Below, piece by piece: positions 36,202-51,500 of a DNA stretch of 64,000 nt (position 1 is its first letter; each line of letters opens with the position of its first letter). A model generated the notes under the pieces. The model saw only the letters and a program-made list of their open reading frames with translations. It did no database searches and was not told the DNA's origin. A program made the position numbers and the translations under genes. The DNA comes from Azolla caroliniana (lineage: Eukaryota; Plantae; Polypodiophyta): NCBI GenBank assembly GCA_043228905.1, contig JBHGNT010000003.1, positions 310,001-374,000 of the forward strand, read 5' to 3'.

Positions 36202-39200
36202 TGTCGAGGTTTTCCTCGCGGATGCGTGGAATGAGGCGGGACCTCAGGTGTCCTGTACCGAAGAGCAAGAGAGAAAGGACAAGAGACCCACTACGTGCGA
36301 ACGTAGATTCACAGGGACACGGCCCTTCGACACAAAGACGCGAGTGGGACAGCGACACAGAGAGGCACAAATGTATGTATGTATTAACAAAGACAACAAC
36401 AAGAACACGGAAGCAACAAAAACACAAAGTCGGTTACAACCGAACAGGCCGGCGAACAGATGCTGATGCCTGTTCGTAAACGCACAGAAAGACAGGAGCA
36501 GGTTGGAGGTGCTGCCGGAAACACTCGGGCATTCCTCAGAGCAGCGCGAGCCTCCCGAAACCTGCACAGAAGGAAGCTATGGAGTTTGCGAACCAGAGAG
36601 AGAGAGAGAAGTCTTCGCACACAAACCGACAACACTTCGTCCTCGACTCTCCGCGATCCCCTCCCCCCTTCTCGTCTCCCTCCTTTTTATAGGCAAGGAA
36701 GGAGCAGTTTCCCCTTTACTTCCTACCCACTAAATCTACCCGCCTAGGATCTTCTATGGACAACATTCGAGAAGAGCCGGTTCCTACGCTCCTGTGCACC
36801 GATTCCGCTTGTGGACGGTTTTCTTCACGACATCCGCCCCCACCTAACCGCGCATCCACCGGCATGCGCCAAATTGAGTTGGGACGGAGAAAACCGGTCC
36901 AGCCTTCATTCCTCGCCCGTCAGTTCTTCCTCGTTTTCGGATCGTTCGTCGTCCCGGTCCAGGGCAACCGGATTCGGCTCGTCGTCGTGACGCTTCTTGA
37001 ACGCTTTGATCCGCTTCCCTGCTACCGGTATCGCCATTCTCGTACCGTCGAGTTTCGCCAGATGGTACGTCCCGTTGTCGTTGGCGCTTTGTACCACGTA
37101 AGGCCCGAACCACCTTCTTGCGAACTTCCGTGTCGCTCGGTGCTGGTTGTCAAGGCTGCTGTCGTAGATTAGCACCCAGTCGCCTTCCTCGATCTTCTTT
37201 GGTCGGAGCCGGTGCGTCCGGTCGAACCGGGCTTTGTTCCTCGTCCTTGCCACCCGAAGATTTCCGTAGCTCGCTCTACGTCCTCCAGTCTTCGCTCGAG
37301 CTGCCGAATGCGCGCTGTCAACAGTTCCTCCCGGCTCATCTCGTCTCTCCAGTTCACGGTTGCCCATGAGGAGATCGTACGTTCCATTGGCATGATCGGC
37401 TTCTGCCCAAACATGAGCTCTGCCGGCATGAATCCGGTTACCGAACTGTGCGTAGTTCGGTCCGCCCACAACGCGTAAGGCAACAGCCGCGGCCAGTTCC
37501 CGACTTGTCCTCCGCATGCCCGAACTAACGCCTTGACGATCGGTCCGTGTCCGCGCTCCACCTTCCCATTCGCCTCCGGATTGTACGCAGTGGTAAGCGA
37601 GAGCTTGACTCCTAGCCGGTCGAACAACTCCTCGGCCTCTTCGGCGTCCAACTCCCCGCGATCAGCCACGATCTTCCCGACGCACCCGTACCGGCATATC
37701 ACGTCCTCGATCAGGAACCGACATACGGCCGCGGTCGTTTTGTTCTAAAGGGCCCGGCCTTCCACCTGGTTCGTCAGATCTTCCCGAGCCAGGACCAGAT
37801 ACCGCATCTATCCTACGCCCATCGGCATCGTCACCAGATCTACCATCCCTTTGAAGTGGATGGTCGGAGGGTACGTAGGGTGAAGCTCGTCCCGATGCCG
37901 GACTATGGAGTGCATCTGACAGCTCTCGCAAGTTGTCACGAACCGATGCACGTCCCGGTATAGTCCCGGCCACCAGTACTTCCCCTTTATCTTCTCGAAC
38001 GTGGCCCACGTTCCACGGTGTCCGGCCCAAGGGCTGTCGTGGTAGCCCGTCAGCAGCTCCTCCTGTTCTTCCTTCATCGCCACCACCCAGAGCGGGACGC
38101 CGTTCCTTTTCTTCGGGTGCTTCCATAAGTATCCGTCCCGGAGAAAGAATCGGTAAGATTTCTTCCGGATCCGGTTGGCCTCGTCCTTCGTCCACGACGC
38201 ATTCGGCGTCATCTTCCTCAAAAATCCACCGATCTGGAGCCACTCGCCGTCGTACTTGCTCTCGTCGAAGTTGTTAAGTGCCGGAGTGCTCATCCCATCG
38301 GTCATTACGTACGCTGCCTCGAAGAAGTCCACGCCGACTTCTTCGTCCTCCGAAACCATGCCGCCCTCGTCATCAAACCTTGCCCTCGAAAGCATGTCGG
38401 CCATGGCGTTGTCCTTTTCGGAAATGTGCCGTATTTCCGGGTCCAGGGACTTGATGTACGCTATCCACCGGAGCATCGCCAGGTCCGGTGTCGCGCATCC
38501 GGAAACCATGCCGAGAATCGGCAGGCAATCCGTCTCGATAACCACTTCTGTCCCGATCAAGTAGTCTTTGTCGGCTTTTACTGCCGAAACGATACCCCAG
38601 AGTTCGCGTTTAACCTGGGCGTACCCTCCCTATCGTTCACTGAGAACCTTCGCGCCGATTCGGATCGGGAACCGAATGCCGTTCTTGTCCTCTTGGTTGA
38701 CGACCCATCCGATCCCGGTCGGACTCGTATCCACTGTTATGTATACCGAGGTACCCTTCCCGTAGACAGCCTTCCGGAGCGCCGGTGCTGCCGCAAGAGC
38801 TTCCTTCAGCTTCCGGACCGACTCCGTGTGCTCGTCTCGCCACTTGAATTTTCGCCCTTTCTTCAACAACCCGTATAGCGGCTCCGCAACGTGGGCGTAA
38901 TGCGGGATCCATATGTGGTAGAACGCGCATGCCCCCAGGAACCTCCGAACTTCCGTAACCGAGCTACAATCGGTCTTCATCGCGGAGATGGCTTCTACCT
39001 TTGCCGGAGACGGCTTCCGGCCATAAGGTCCACATAGGTGTCCGACCACCAGGATTTCCGATTGCCCGAAGGCCGATTTCTCCCCGGAGAAGGTGAGCCT
39101 CGCATCCTCTAGCCTCTGCAGCACCTTCTCGCAGTCGTCGATGTGTGTCGCCACGAATCGTCGGCATCCGTCCGGCCCGACTGTCTCGTCCTTCTCCTCC

Positions 39201-42200
39201 ACTGGGCATCCCTTGATCGGGATGTCATCTAGAAACGGCATAGTGATGTCCGGGATGCAATCACTCAGTACCTTGTTCATTGCATTCACCATGTGGGCTA
39301 CCGAGTTGGTCCCTCCTTGTGGCAGGGTACACATTCGCACTAGGCCGAGGGGAGTTCGCATCGTCGTAATGTCTCTGCTCTCCACGGCTAGCTGGAACTG
39401 GTCGTACCTCGAGTACAGATCACCGACCGAGTAAATCGACCTTCCGGCGAAGGCCTCTGCGAACTCGTCTATGGTCGGTCCGATTCCTGCGTTCCGAATG
39501 GTCACTCTGTTGACCGGCTGCAGGTCCTGAATGAAGCGCAATGTTCCGTTTTTCTTTGGTACGGTAAACCATCGGTTCGAGTATGGGGCACTCGACGGTT
39601 CAAGAATGCCCATATCGACTTTTTGCCTCAATAGCTCCATCAACCTCGGGATGTGGGCTCTCGGTACTAGAATCGGCTTGAGATTCCACGGCACATGTGG
39701 TACCGTGAATATCACCATCGGCTCCACAATCGTCGGGTCTATGCACCCGATCTCTTCCGGCGAAAACGCGAAGGCTTTCCCGTGCCTTCCGAGCATTCTC
39801 CGAAACCGGTTTTCCTCCGCCCCCACCGATCTTGAGCTCCCGGAGCGTCCCATCGGTGAAGGTGTGTCCTATGCAGGCTGGATCTCGTAAACTGGGGTCC
39901 GACGCAAACCCTCTGATTCGGGACTCGCTGCCCTCCGGTAAGGGTGCCGCGACGGGCCTTACCTTCCGGTCCACAGTCTTGTACTTCGTGCTAACCCGGG
40001 CCGTCCGATCCAACCCGAGCCCCCGATTGAAGTTTGCGATGACTTTGTACATATCTTCGGAACATACCGGAATCGTCCGGTCTTCATTAAGGTCTTCTCC
40101 GGCTACCTCCCCCAGCATTCCCAAGGTGTCGTCGAAGGAGATTGCCTCCACGGCTCTGCTGATTTCCTCGTCCGGGCCGAGAACTCCGCACACTCGAAGT
40201 CGCACTTCCGCCCTTGTCTTTTCTTGGCCGACGATGCCGACTATCATGCACCCTCCGTTGTTGGAGAAACAGGATTTCCTACTTATCGTACAGGGTTCCT
40301 TCGGTTTCGGTTCTATCGTACAGTCGTGGGGTCTTTCCCGAGTGTTCGGGCTGTCTCGGCCCCACGCCTTGGCAGCCCTCTCTAAAAATCCTCCCGGTTC
40401 TCGCCACCGAGGGATTCGCGGTTTCTCTCGTGGTTCGGCCGCACCGTCAGAAATTGAATCGAATGGCGCCCGTCCTGGCTTTTGACCCTCGCGTAGGCCG
40501 AACCGTTGTCTAGCACCTTGGTCTCCATTTGCGCCGCCGTGATGTACGGTTCCCCTAATATGACCGAGTGCGAGGACGTCTCCTGTACGAAGAAGTGCTG
40601 GTCAATCTCGACGTCGCCGATCTTGACTCGCACGTTCGGGTAGGCCCCGTGCAGTTCCTCGGTGGCGCGCGTCGCCACCCGTATCTTCCACCCGTGCTTG
40701 GTGTTGATCGGCCACTTTCCCTTTTTATAGAAGTCCATTGACATCAGGTTTATTTCCGAACCGTGGTCCACCAATGCCACCACCGGCTCCTGAACATCTC
40801 CGATCTTCACCGGGGTCTCCGTGGTTGCTTGGGCCCAGTGCGGCCTTGAATAGTGGCTCTCCGCCCACTCATCTTCCAGCGCCATGTCGTCGATGTGCGT
40901 CGTCCGCACCTCCACCGGTCTTTCCGGTTCCGTCTCCATCGACAGCCTCTTCCGTTTCACCAGGTCTACAATGGAGTCGTGGAACTCCTTCTTGGCGATC
41001 CCTAACACCTCTCGCAATGACAGCTCCACTTTGCTGTCGAGGATCCGTTCTTCTAGGACCTTTCGTAGGTCCGTAGTCCTTTCTATCTCCGTCCCCAGTC
41101 GATATCCGCCCTTCCTGGGGTTATCTTGCGAGCTGGACCCGCCGGCCTCGTTCTGTCGTTGCCCGAATCGGGTCTCGTACCGTTGTGAGGGCCCGGCCGC
41201 TCCGGCTTTCCCCACTCGTTTGTCTTCTACCATAGCCTCGTAGTTCCGGCAGGGGGCTTCTACGAAGCCCGTCTTCTCCTCGACTGGATCGCTCCACCCG
41301 GTTATTTCCCGGACCCGTCTCTCAGCGCGGTCCGTTTCATCTTTCCTTAGCCGTGCGCCGGCAAGACCTTCCAGCATTGCCGACCAGATCCGTCTTTGCC
41401 CTCTGTTCGGACCTCGCTGCCCCCGACCCGAATTCCGGCCGATGCCGAGTAGTGGGTGGCCTCTACGTGTCGGGCCGCTGCCTCTTCCATCAGTCTCTTC
41501 ATACCTCCTCGCCCGTCGTTTTGGTTCAGGGCCCTCCTGGTGTCGCCGGCGTGCACCCGACCTTCCCACAGGTACACCGCCCGGTTCCTCAACGCCTTTG
41601 TGAAATCGCCGCAGTCATTCCGAATGTGGCCGACCTCGTCGCACCACATGCACCTGTTCCCCGCTGCCAGCTGTTGGTCACGAGCCGGTTCGCCACCTTC
41701 CCTTCAAGTCTGGGCGATCTGGAGATCCTTTATCGCCCGCGTCAACTCCTCCAGCGCTGCTCCTCCAGACGAGCCATTGACCATGCCGGTCGAAGCCGGA
41801 CCGGTTTCGAGCCATTCCCGGGTTTCTTCCCTTCGCACTTGCGGTGCCGGTTCAAGCCTCCTTGCTGTGACAGAGCCCGCACCGGCCGCCCCGTTGTCAG
41901 CCCATTCTCGCCGTTTGTCGAAACGGCCACAGACTCTCTTAACCGCAGCCCAGTCGGTTGTCAGCCCGTCTTCGGTTTCCAGCAAGGAGCCGACTTCATC
42001 TCTGTCCCGCTCGTTCACCGACTTGATGAACAATAGGACCCGGCTCGTATCCAGAACGGTTCGGTCAAGCGCCGAAAGGCGCGCAAAGCGTTCTTCGAAC
42101 TCCCGGAGGAGTGTCGACGCGTTTCTTCCCTTGTCGGGGGACTCCACCCATTCCATGAAGTCCCGTTTCGAAAGCCGGAGCGCGTTGTCCAGCCCGTATT

Positions 42201-43181
42201 TTTCTAGGAGTCGGCCTTCGAACTCCTCCCAGGTACGGCTCTCCGCCCGCACCTCGAGCACCTCCGCATGGATGCTCGGCATCGGCACTCGAGGAAACTC
42301 GGCAAGACGCCTCTCTTCCGGAATGTCCCGCATCAGCATTTCTGCTCCGTAGGACGCCAAATACTTCGTGGCATCCTTTCCGTTGAACCGGCCGATCGTA
42401 CTGACGACCGCCTCAATGGCTCTGTCGAGGGCGTTGGTGCCCTCGCGTGCACTCAATATCCGATCCACAGCCGAAGCCATGGCCTCTGCAAGATCCGACC
42501 CCTTCATCTTCTGCTCTTCTGCTGCCTCCTTCACGTCGGGTTCACCAAGATGTCGAGGTTTTCCTCGCGGATGCGTGGAATGAGGCGGGACCTCAGGGGT
42601 CCTGTACGGAAGAGCAAGAGAGAAAGGACAAGAGACCCACTACGTGCGAACGTAGATTCACAGGGACACAGCCCTTCGACACAAAGACGCGAGTGGGACA
42701 GCGACACAGAGAGGCACGAATGTATGTATGTATTAACAAAGACAACAACAAGAACACGTAAGCAACAAGAACACAAAGTCGGTTACAACCGAACAGGCCG
42801 GCGAACAGATGCCGATGCCTGTTCGTAAACGCACAGAAAGACAGGAGCAGGTTGGAGGTGCTGCCAGAAGCACTCGGGCATTCCTCAGAGCAGCGCGAGC
42901 CTCCCGAAACTTGCACAGAAGGAAGCTATGGAGTTTGCGAACCAGAGAGAGAGAGAGAAGCCTTCGCACGCAAACCGACAGCACTTCGTCCTTGACTCTC
43001 CATGATCCCCTCCCCCCTTCTCGTCTCCCTCCTTTTTATAGGCAAGGAAGGAGCCGTTTCCCCTTTACTTCCTACCCACTAAATCTACCTGCCTAGGATC
43101 TTCTATGGACAACATTCGAGAAGAGCCGGTTCCTACGCTCCTATGCACTGATTCCGCTTGTGGATGGTTTTCTTCACAATA
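36202..43181 (-). mobile_element. gag-pol: Gypsy element H, full-length (7.0 kb), degenerate; LTRs 36202-36832 and 42551-43181
   Basis: TSD ACGA/ACGA; Trp PBS 42531-42547; gag from about 42507; LVDHGSE protease; frameshift heptamer 40385-40391; FLDD RT; integrase with RWFGPY ending at 36906; PPT 36833-36845. Confidence 0.96.
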
Positions 43182-43954
43182 ACGAGGTTTCGGAAGGAGC
43201 CGGTAGGGGCAAACACGAGGAGGTGTGTTGGGCCGGAAAGGCACACCTGGGACGGAACAAGAGTCTCGCAAGTGGCCATCGCGGGACGGATCGAAGCGTG
43301 ACTACGGGACAGAGGCGGAAGAATTTCGGCTAGAGGCGGAAACCGGGAAACATTGGCTACATCGGTGAGGTGCAGTGTGTTTGCTCACCCTTGTACATTT
43401 AGTGTGAATAACGAGGGCGCCTTTATGGCGCCGAAGAGTAGTCAAGTCGGGACAGACGATCCCATGTAAGTCGGGATTTATCCCACATTGTAACGCATCC
43501 CTCTCCTTGTTCTATGAAAGGAAGGGAGCGCCCTTTGTGAAGGGGTTGCCCATTTTGCGTTAGAGGATATATTGTTAGATTTAGGGTTAGTTACACTTCT
43601 TCTTCTTCTTCTTCTTCTTCTTCTCCCCCCTTCGGGTTCGCTTAGGTTTTGCTTCAGCTCGTCTCCTGCGCAAGACCCCGCTCGGCGCGACAAGCCCGTG
43701 AGCTCCCCGATCTGTGGCTTGGCAGCTGACGACTACTGTAACCTACCTTGGTCTGGCTCGAAGCCGGGAATGTATTCTTCCTCTAGTATATATACATTTG
43801 CGTCCATCTGTGTATATTCGCGTCTCTGTTGGTGTCTGGTGCTTCCCCTTTCCTGCGTTTCCTGTACATAAGGGCGTGAGCCGGGTCAACCTGCGTGTGT
43901 GTGTGCGTGTGTGCGTGTGTGTGTGTGTGCAAGTCAGTGTTAAGCGCGCATCCC

Positions 43955-43985
<31 letters not shown>

Positions 43986-45599
43986 CGGTTGCCTCCGGTG
44001 TGCTTCTGGGATGCCCCGGAAACGGTGAAGTACGACTTCCTACGCTCCGTCACTCTCTAGTCCAAGACCCCCGTGCTCCCGCCTTTCTCCACGCACGCGC
44101 GTAACAACGCGACAACGTTATCTTCAGGACTACAAGGCGGAAATGCTATGGTGCGGGATTTCGGAAGGACTGCAAGTGGCATCCTTCAACCGGGTGGCTA
44201 CCGACAGGCTTCAAGCAAGTATCCACGGGCTACGACAACAAAATCCGACATGGGAAGCGTTTGAAGAGGCGCTAAAGACCACGTTCACTATTGAGGACTC
44301 CTCCAAGGCAGCACGGAGAGGATTTGAGGATTGGGTAGAAACGCCGGACAAGGGGATGAAGGTCCTCGATGTGTTTTCAGCATTCGAAAGTCGGTTCGGG
44401 AGGTTGTCTGCGAGAGATCAAGCTATCATCGCACCGGACAAAGTTATCATGGTCTTACGAGCTGTAGACGTCCGGGACCGGAAGGATCTTGGAGTGCTTC
44501 TAGAGGACACGAATACCGAAAGTGGCCTCACCGAAACATGGGAAAGTGTGTGGGATATCGTCGCGCGATACACAAAGAAGGGGCAATGGCTAGCCAACGA
44601 AGAAAAGAGGGTTTCAGAACCGATTCCGAAACCGAGATCCGGATCGGAAGACCATCAACCGCGGGCTCGGGAAGCTACGACTGAGAAGGGAATCGACGCA
44701 ACTACGGTGGAGCAGTTGCTAAAGGAGATGGAGAATCTAAAATTTGTGATCGTGAAGAAGTCGAATGACCGTCCCACAAGTTCCAAGTATATGGACCGTC
44801 GATGCATATGGTGCGATAGCACTAAACATGATCGGAGGGATTGCGACGAGCACAAGGAAGCGCTACGACAGGATCTTATCTACTACGAGGGAAATCAGAT
44901 TCATTCAATGGACTCTCGGAAGCCGCTCCGACCGAACTTCCGAAAAGGCGGCATGAAGAAGGTCCTAGAGGAGGAAATAGCGGCGAAGAACAATTATGCG
45001 ACAACCGTGGGAATACGTGTCGGGGAGTCATCGGGAGCAAAGGTGTCTTTTTGGCCGGAAGTGCTAGAAAACACTGAGAAAACCGACTCTAACGAGATCT
45101 GAAGCACCGCGGACGGCATCCGGGAAGCTACGGGATGGGAGTGCCCCGTCGATAAGAATAGCTCGTGTTTGCTTTATGCCAATGGCATGAAGTGTATGTA
45201 GATGAGAAGCGACGGTGCACAGATGACACCAGAAAGCTGGAACTCTAGAGGTAAGGGAAAAGAAAAGATGATTCCGGCATTCAAGCTCGCCTCGGACATC
45301 GAACAACAAACGGACTTTAAAAAGGTGTTCGAGGAGAGAATCCTCGATAGCCGGGTAGATTTTTCGCTTTGAGAATTACTCAGAATAGCGAAGAAGGAGT
45401 TCCACGATCTTCTTGTGGATCTCGTGAAGAGAAAAAGGCATAGTACGGAGGAGAACGCTCCAAGGGTAAATGCAAATACCGTTCTAATGAATGACACCAA
45501 ATTGGAGGACGAAATAACGAATTCTCACTACACAAAGCCACATTGGGCACGCGAAACTACGGAGACTCCGGTCCGAATTGGTAACATCAAAGAACCCGT

Positions 45600-48500
45600 T
45601 GTCGCATTACTACGCGCGTGCGTGGAGAAACGAGGCGGGACCACTGGGGTCTTGAACCGAAGAGCAGGTGATAGAAGGGGAAAGAGAAGGAGAGAGAGAC
45701 CTGGTCACGTATGAGCAAAGAAACACAGGGGCACGGCCCGTCAACACAGAAGACGCGAATGGACACAGAGACAGGGAGACATAAGTGTTTGTATATTAAC
45801 GAATAACAAATACAAAACAGAGCACGTGAGCGGTTAGAACCGAACAGGCCGGCGAACAGATATCGATGCCTGTTCGTTTGCGCACAAAAAGGAGAAAAGG
45901 GTGGAGGTGCTGCCGGAAGCACACGGGGGTTCCTCGAAGCAGCGCGAGCCTCCCGAAAAACCTGCAGAGAAGAGTGATGGAGAACGAATCTGAGGTGAAG
46001 CGTTCGGTTCCGGTCCGACAGCACTTCGTCCTCCTTAATGCGCAATCCCCTTCTCCCTGCGTCTCCCTCTCCTTTATAGCTTCAAGAAGGGAGCCGTCTC
46101 CCTCATTTACTTCCTACCTACCGAATCTAACTACCCGGATATGCCTTTGTACTTAATTCCCTATTATATACATTAAGGGCGCACATACGTGAAGAGCCGG
46201 TTCACGCGCGCTATGCACCGATTGCGCCAAGGGATGGTTTTCTTCACGACATCCGCCCCCACCTAACCGCGCATCCACCGGTATGCGCCAAAATTGGGTT
46301 CTGGTTGGAGAAAACCGGCCCGGGTTCCGTTTCTTCGTCCATCGGTTCGTCCTCCGTTTCGGACTGTTCGTCTTCACTGTCCAGGCCTCTTAGATTCGGT
46401 TCGTCGTCGTGGCGCTTCTTGAACGCTTTGATCCGCTTCCTTGCTACCGGCATCGCCATCCTCATACTGTCGAGTTCCGCCAGGTGATACGTCCCGTTGT
46501 CGTTGGCGCTCGTTACCACGTAAGGCCCGAACCACCGCTTCGCAAACTTCCGCGTTGCTCAGTGCTGGTTGTCGAGGCTGCTATCGTAGACTAGCACCCA
46601 GTCGCCTTCCTCGATTTTATTTGGCAAGAGCCGGTGCGTTCGGTCGAACCGGGCTTTGTTCTTCATCCTCGCCGTCCGAAGTCTCTCCGCCATTCGTTCC
46701 ACGTCCTCTGGCCTCCGCTCGAGCTGCCGTATACGCACCGCTAGCAGTTCTTCCCGATCCATCTCGTCTCTCCAGTCTACTGTCGCCCAAGAGGAGATCG
46801 TCCGTTCCATCGGCATGATCGGCTTCTATCCGAACATGAGCTCTGACGGCATGAACCCGGTTACCGAACTGTGCGTTGTCCGGTCCGCCCATGTTGGGAT
46901 TACAGTCCCTTCGGATGGGATGATCGGATGTCGGAGATGAATGCCGACGAGCCCGGTTTCGGTTTCGGAACCGGATGATGGAGACCCCGGCTTCGGAGCC
47001 GGATGACGAATGTACCCGGAGAGAGATCCGGATGCGGGGACATATCCGTGAATATGTTTGCTAAGGGCCCTTGAGGCTATAGTTGTAAATAGCCCCAAAG
47101 TCATATGTGTATAAATATGACTTAGGGCAAACAGTTTTAATGTCGCTATTATTTTTTCTGTTTTTCCACTCAAGAGGAGTGAAGAGAGAGCAGCCGTGAG
47201 AGAGATAGAGCGTGAGAGAGGAAGAGGTCGACGCCTCTGTGTATTTCCGCCGCCTGTGGCGAGGACAGCGAGCTCAAGGTCGTCGCCTTGCAGCTCGCCA
47301 TTGTATATTTCTCTGTGCATAAGTTTGATTTGGAGTCTTGTACTCCCGTGGTTTTTCCCGTACAGGGTTTTCCACGTTAAATCGTGTGTCCACTCTATTT
47401 TTTCGCATTTCCCATTTACTGCAACAACGATTCGTGTGTTTCCTTGGTTGTAGCCGAGAGGTGAAGTTTGGAAAGTGTCGATTGTTTCCATCAGCCCACA
47501 AGGCATAGGGTAACAGTCGTGGCCAGTTCCCAACCTGTCCTTCGCACGCCCGGACTAGTGCTTTGACGATTGGTCCATGCCCGCGCTCCACCTTCTCGTT
47601 CGCCTCCGGATTGTGCGCTGTGGTGAGCGAGAGCTTGACCCCTAACCGGTCGAACAGTTCCTCGGCCTCTTCGGCGTCCAACTCCCCGCGGTCAGCTACG
47701 ATCTTCTTGACGCACCCATACCGGCATATCACATCCTCTATCAGGAACGGACACACGGCCGCAGTCGTTTTGTTCTGCAGGGCTCGGCCTTCCACCTGGT
47801 TCGTGAGGTCCTCCCGGGCCAGTACTAGATATCGCATCTGCCCTACGCCCATCGACATCGTCACCAAATCTACCATCCATTTGAAGTGGATGGCCGGAGG
47901 GTATGTAGGGTGAAGCTCGTCCCGATGTTGGACTATGGAGTGTATCTGACAGCTCTCACAAGTTGTCACGAACCGATGCACGTCCTGGTACAGTCCTAGC
48001 CACCAGTACTTCCCCTTTAGTTTCTCGAACGTGGCCCACGTTCCACAGTGTCCAGCCCAGGGGCTGTCGTGGTAGGCCTTCAGCAACTCCTCCTGTTCCT
48101 CCTCCATCGCCACTACTTGGAGCGGGATGCCGTTTCTCTTCTTCGGGTGCTTCCACAAGTATCCGTCCTGGAGAAAGAATCGGTACGCTTTCTTCCGGAT
48201 CTGGTTGGCCTCATCCTTTGTCCATGACGCGTCCAGCGTCATCATGCTTAAGAATCCCCCAATCTGCAGCAACTCCCCGTCGTACTTGCTCTCGTTGAAA
48301 TCGTTAAGCGCCGGAGTGCTCCCTCCCTCGGTTGTTACGTAAGCCGCCTCGAAGAAGTCCACACCGACTTCCTCGTCTTCCGAAACCATGCCGCCCTCGT
48401 TGTCGAATCGCGCCCTTGAAAGCATGTCGGCCATGGCATTGTCTTTCCCGGAAATGTGTCGTATTTCCGGATCCAGGGACTTGATGTACGCTATCCACCT

Positions 48501-51500
48501 GAGAATTGCCAGGTCCGGGGTTGCGCATCCGGAAACCATGCCGAGAATCGGCAGGCAATCCGTCTCGATAATCACCTCTGTCCCTATCAGATAGTCTTTA
48601 TCAGCCTTCACTGCCGAAACCTGGGCGTATCCTCGCTGTCGCTCGCTGAGGACCTTTGCACCGAACCGGATTGGGAACCGAATGTCGTCCTCATCTTCTT
48701 GGCTAACGACCCATCCGATCCTGGTCGGACTTGTATCTACCGTTATGTAGATGGGAGTGCCTTTCTCGTAGACAACCTTTAGGAGTGCCGGAGTTGCAGC
48801 AAGAGCCTCCGTATGCTCGTCTCGCCATTCGAATTTTCGCCCCTTTTTCAGCAACCCGTATAGCGGCTCGGCAACGTGGGAGTAATGCGGGATCCATATG
48901 TGGTAGAACACAGATGCTCCCAAGAACCTCCGTACCTCCGTGACCGAGTTACAGTTAGGCTTCATTGCGGAGATGGCTTCCATCTTAGCCGGAGACAGTT
49001 TCCGGCCATACGGTCCGCATAGATGTCCGACGACCATGATCTCTGATTGCCCGAAGGCCGATTTTTCCCCGGAGAAGGTGAACCTCGCGTCCTCTAGCCT
49101 CTGCAACACCCTCTCATAGTCGTCAATGTGTGTCGCCACAAATTTCCGGCATCCATCCGGTCCGATCGTTTCGTCCTTTTTCTCCGTCGGACATCCCTTG
49201 ATCGGCATGTCGTCCAAGAATGGCATGGTGATGTCCGGGATACAATCCCTCAGCACCTTGTTCATCGCATTCACCATGTGGGCAACTGAGTTCGTCCCTC
49301 CTTGAGGCAGGGTACACATCCGCACTAGGCCGAGAGGAGTCCGCATGGTCGTAATGTCTCTGCTCTCCACGGCTAGTTGAAACTGATCGTACCTCGAGTA
49401 CAGATCACTGATCGAGTAGATCAACCTTCAGGCGAAGGCCTCCGCGAACTCGTCTATTGTTGGTCCGACCCCTGCGTTCCGAATGGTCACTCTGTTGACC
49501 AGTTGCAGGTCTGGAATGAAGCGCAACGTCTCATTCTTCTTCGGTACGGTAAACCACCGGTTCGAGTACGGGGCACTGGATGGTTCGAGGATGCCCATAT
49601 CGACTTTCTGCCTCAGTAGCTCCATCAGCTCCGGGATGTGAGCTCTCGGTACCGGAATTGGTTTGACATTCCACGGCACATGCGGTACCGTGAATATCAC
49701 CATGGGCTTTACGACTGTCGGGTCTACGCACCCGATTTCTTCTGGTGAGAATGCGAAGGCTTTCCCGTGCCTTCCGAGCATTCTCCGAAACCGGTCTTCT
49801 TCCGCCGGCAGTAGGAACCCGCCACCATCGATTTTGAGTTCCAGCAGCGTTTTGTCGGTGAAGGTGTGTCCTATGCAAGCTGGATCTCATAAACAAGGGT
49901 CCGACGCAACCCCCTTGATTCGCAACTTGCTGCCCTCCGGTAAGGGTGCCGCGACTGGCCTTACCTTCCGGTCCTCAGTCTTGTACTTCGTGTTAACCCG
50001 GGCCGTCCGTTCCGACTCGAGCCCTCGACTGAAGTCCGCGATGACTTCGTACATTTCTTCTGAACAAACTGGTATCGTCCGGTCCTCTTTAAGGCCCTCT
50101 CCGACGACCTCTCGCACTATTCCCAAGGTATCGTCGAAGGAGACCGCCTCCACGGCTCCGTTGATTTCCTCGGTGGGCCCGAGAACTCCGCACACCCGAA
50201 GTCGCTCTTCCGCCCTTGTCTTTTCTTGGCCTACAACGCCGACTATCGTACACCCTCCGTTGTCGGAGAAACAAAACTTCCTACTTATGGTACAAGGTTT
50301 CTTTGGCTTCGCTTCTATCGTACATTTGTGGGGTTTTCCCGGAGTGTCCGGACTGTCGTGGCCCCACGCCTTGGCAGCCCTCTCTAAAAATCCTCTCGGT
50401 TCTCGCCACCGAGGGACTCGCGGTTTCGCTCGTGGTTTGGTCGCACCGTCAGGAACTGGATTGAATGTCGCTCGTCCTGACTCTTAACCCTCGCGTAAGC
50501 CGACCCGTTATCCAGCACCTTGATCTCCATCAGCGCTGCCGTAATGTACGGCTCTCCCAGTATGACCGAGTGCGAGGACGTCTCCTGCACAAAGAAGTGT
50601 TGGTCTATCTCGACGTCGCCGATCTTGACTCGCACGTTTGGCAATGCCCCGTGTAGTTCCTCGGTGGCGCGCGTCGCCGCCCGTATCTTCCACCCGTGCT
50701 TAGTGTTGATCAGCCATTTCCCCTTTCTTGTAGAAGTCCATGGACATCAAATTTATTTCCGAACCGTGGTCCACCAGCGCCACCACCGGTTCCTGAACAT
50801 CTCCGATTTTCACCGAGGTTTCCGTGGTCGCTCGAACCTAGTGTGGCCTCGAATAGTGGCTCTCCGCCCATTCTTCTTCCAGCGCCATGTCCTCTATGAG
50901 CGCCGTCCGCACCTCCAACGTCCTTTCTGGTTCTGCCTCCGTCGACAGCCTCTTCCTCTTCACCAAGTCCACGATGGAGTTGTGGAACTCCTTCTTGGCG
51001 ATTCCGAGCACCTCCCGCAACGACAGCTCCACTTTGCTGTCAAGGATTCGTTCTTCTATGACCTTTCGTAGGTCCGTAGTCCTTTCGATCTCCGTGCCCA
51101 AACGGTACCCGCCCTTCTTTTGGTTATCCCGGGCACTGGACTCACCGGTCTCGTTCCATTTTGGCCCGAATCGGGTTTCGTATCTCTGTGAGGGTCCGGC
51201 CCCTCCAGTTTTACCTACCCGTTTGTCTTCAACCAGAGCCTCGTAGTTCTGGCAAGCTGCTTCGACGAAACCTGTCTTTTCTTCGACCGGGTCACTCCAC
51301 CCGGTTACCTCCTAGACCCGCTTCTTCACGCGGTCCGCCTCGTCTCTCTTTAGTCGGGCACCGGCGAGGCCTTCCAGCACCGTCGGCCAGAACTCGGCTT
51401 TGCTCTCCTTCCGGGCCTCGCTGCCTCCGACCCGAATACCGGCTGACGCCGAGTAGTGGACGGTCTCCTCCTGCCGGGCCGCCACCTCTGCCATCAGCTT

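Larger units (their letters stand above)
27003..44114 (+). mobile_element. Non-autonomous gag-only Gypsy element F inserted in the gag of E; LTRs about 27003-27823 and about 43312-44114, both lacking their first bases
   Basis: Matching LTRs with (GT)n and (CT)n tracts ending GCGACA; Trp PBS 27828; no pol; hosts Copia 29178-34728 and Gypsy H. Confidence 0.9.

Noticed and set aside
41353-42352. Long plus-strand ORFs opposite gag, and similar shadows opposite pol
   Set aside because: Antisense shadows of GC-rich coding sequence, not conserved as ORFs among the copies.
47274-47493. Novel C-terminal extension of the 716-aa Pol ORF
   Set aside because: It is read-through into the antisense Copia solo LTR; the integrase resumes at 46891.
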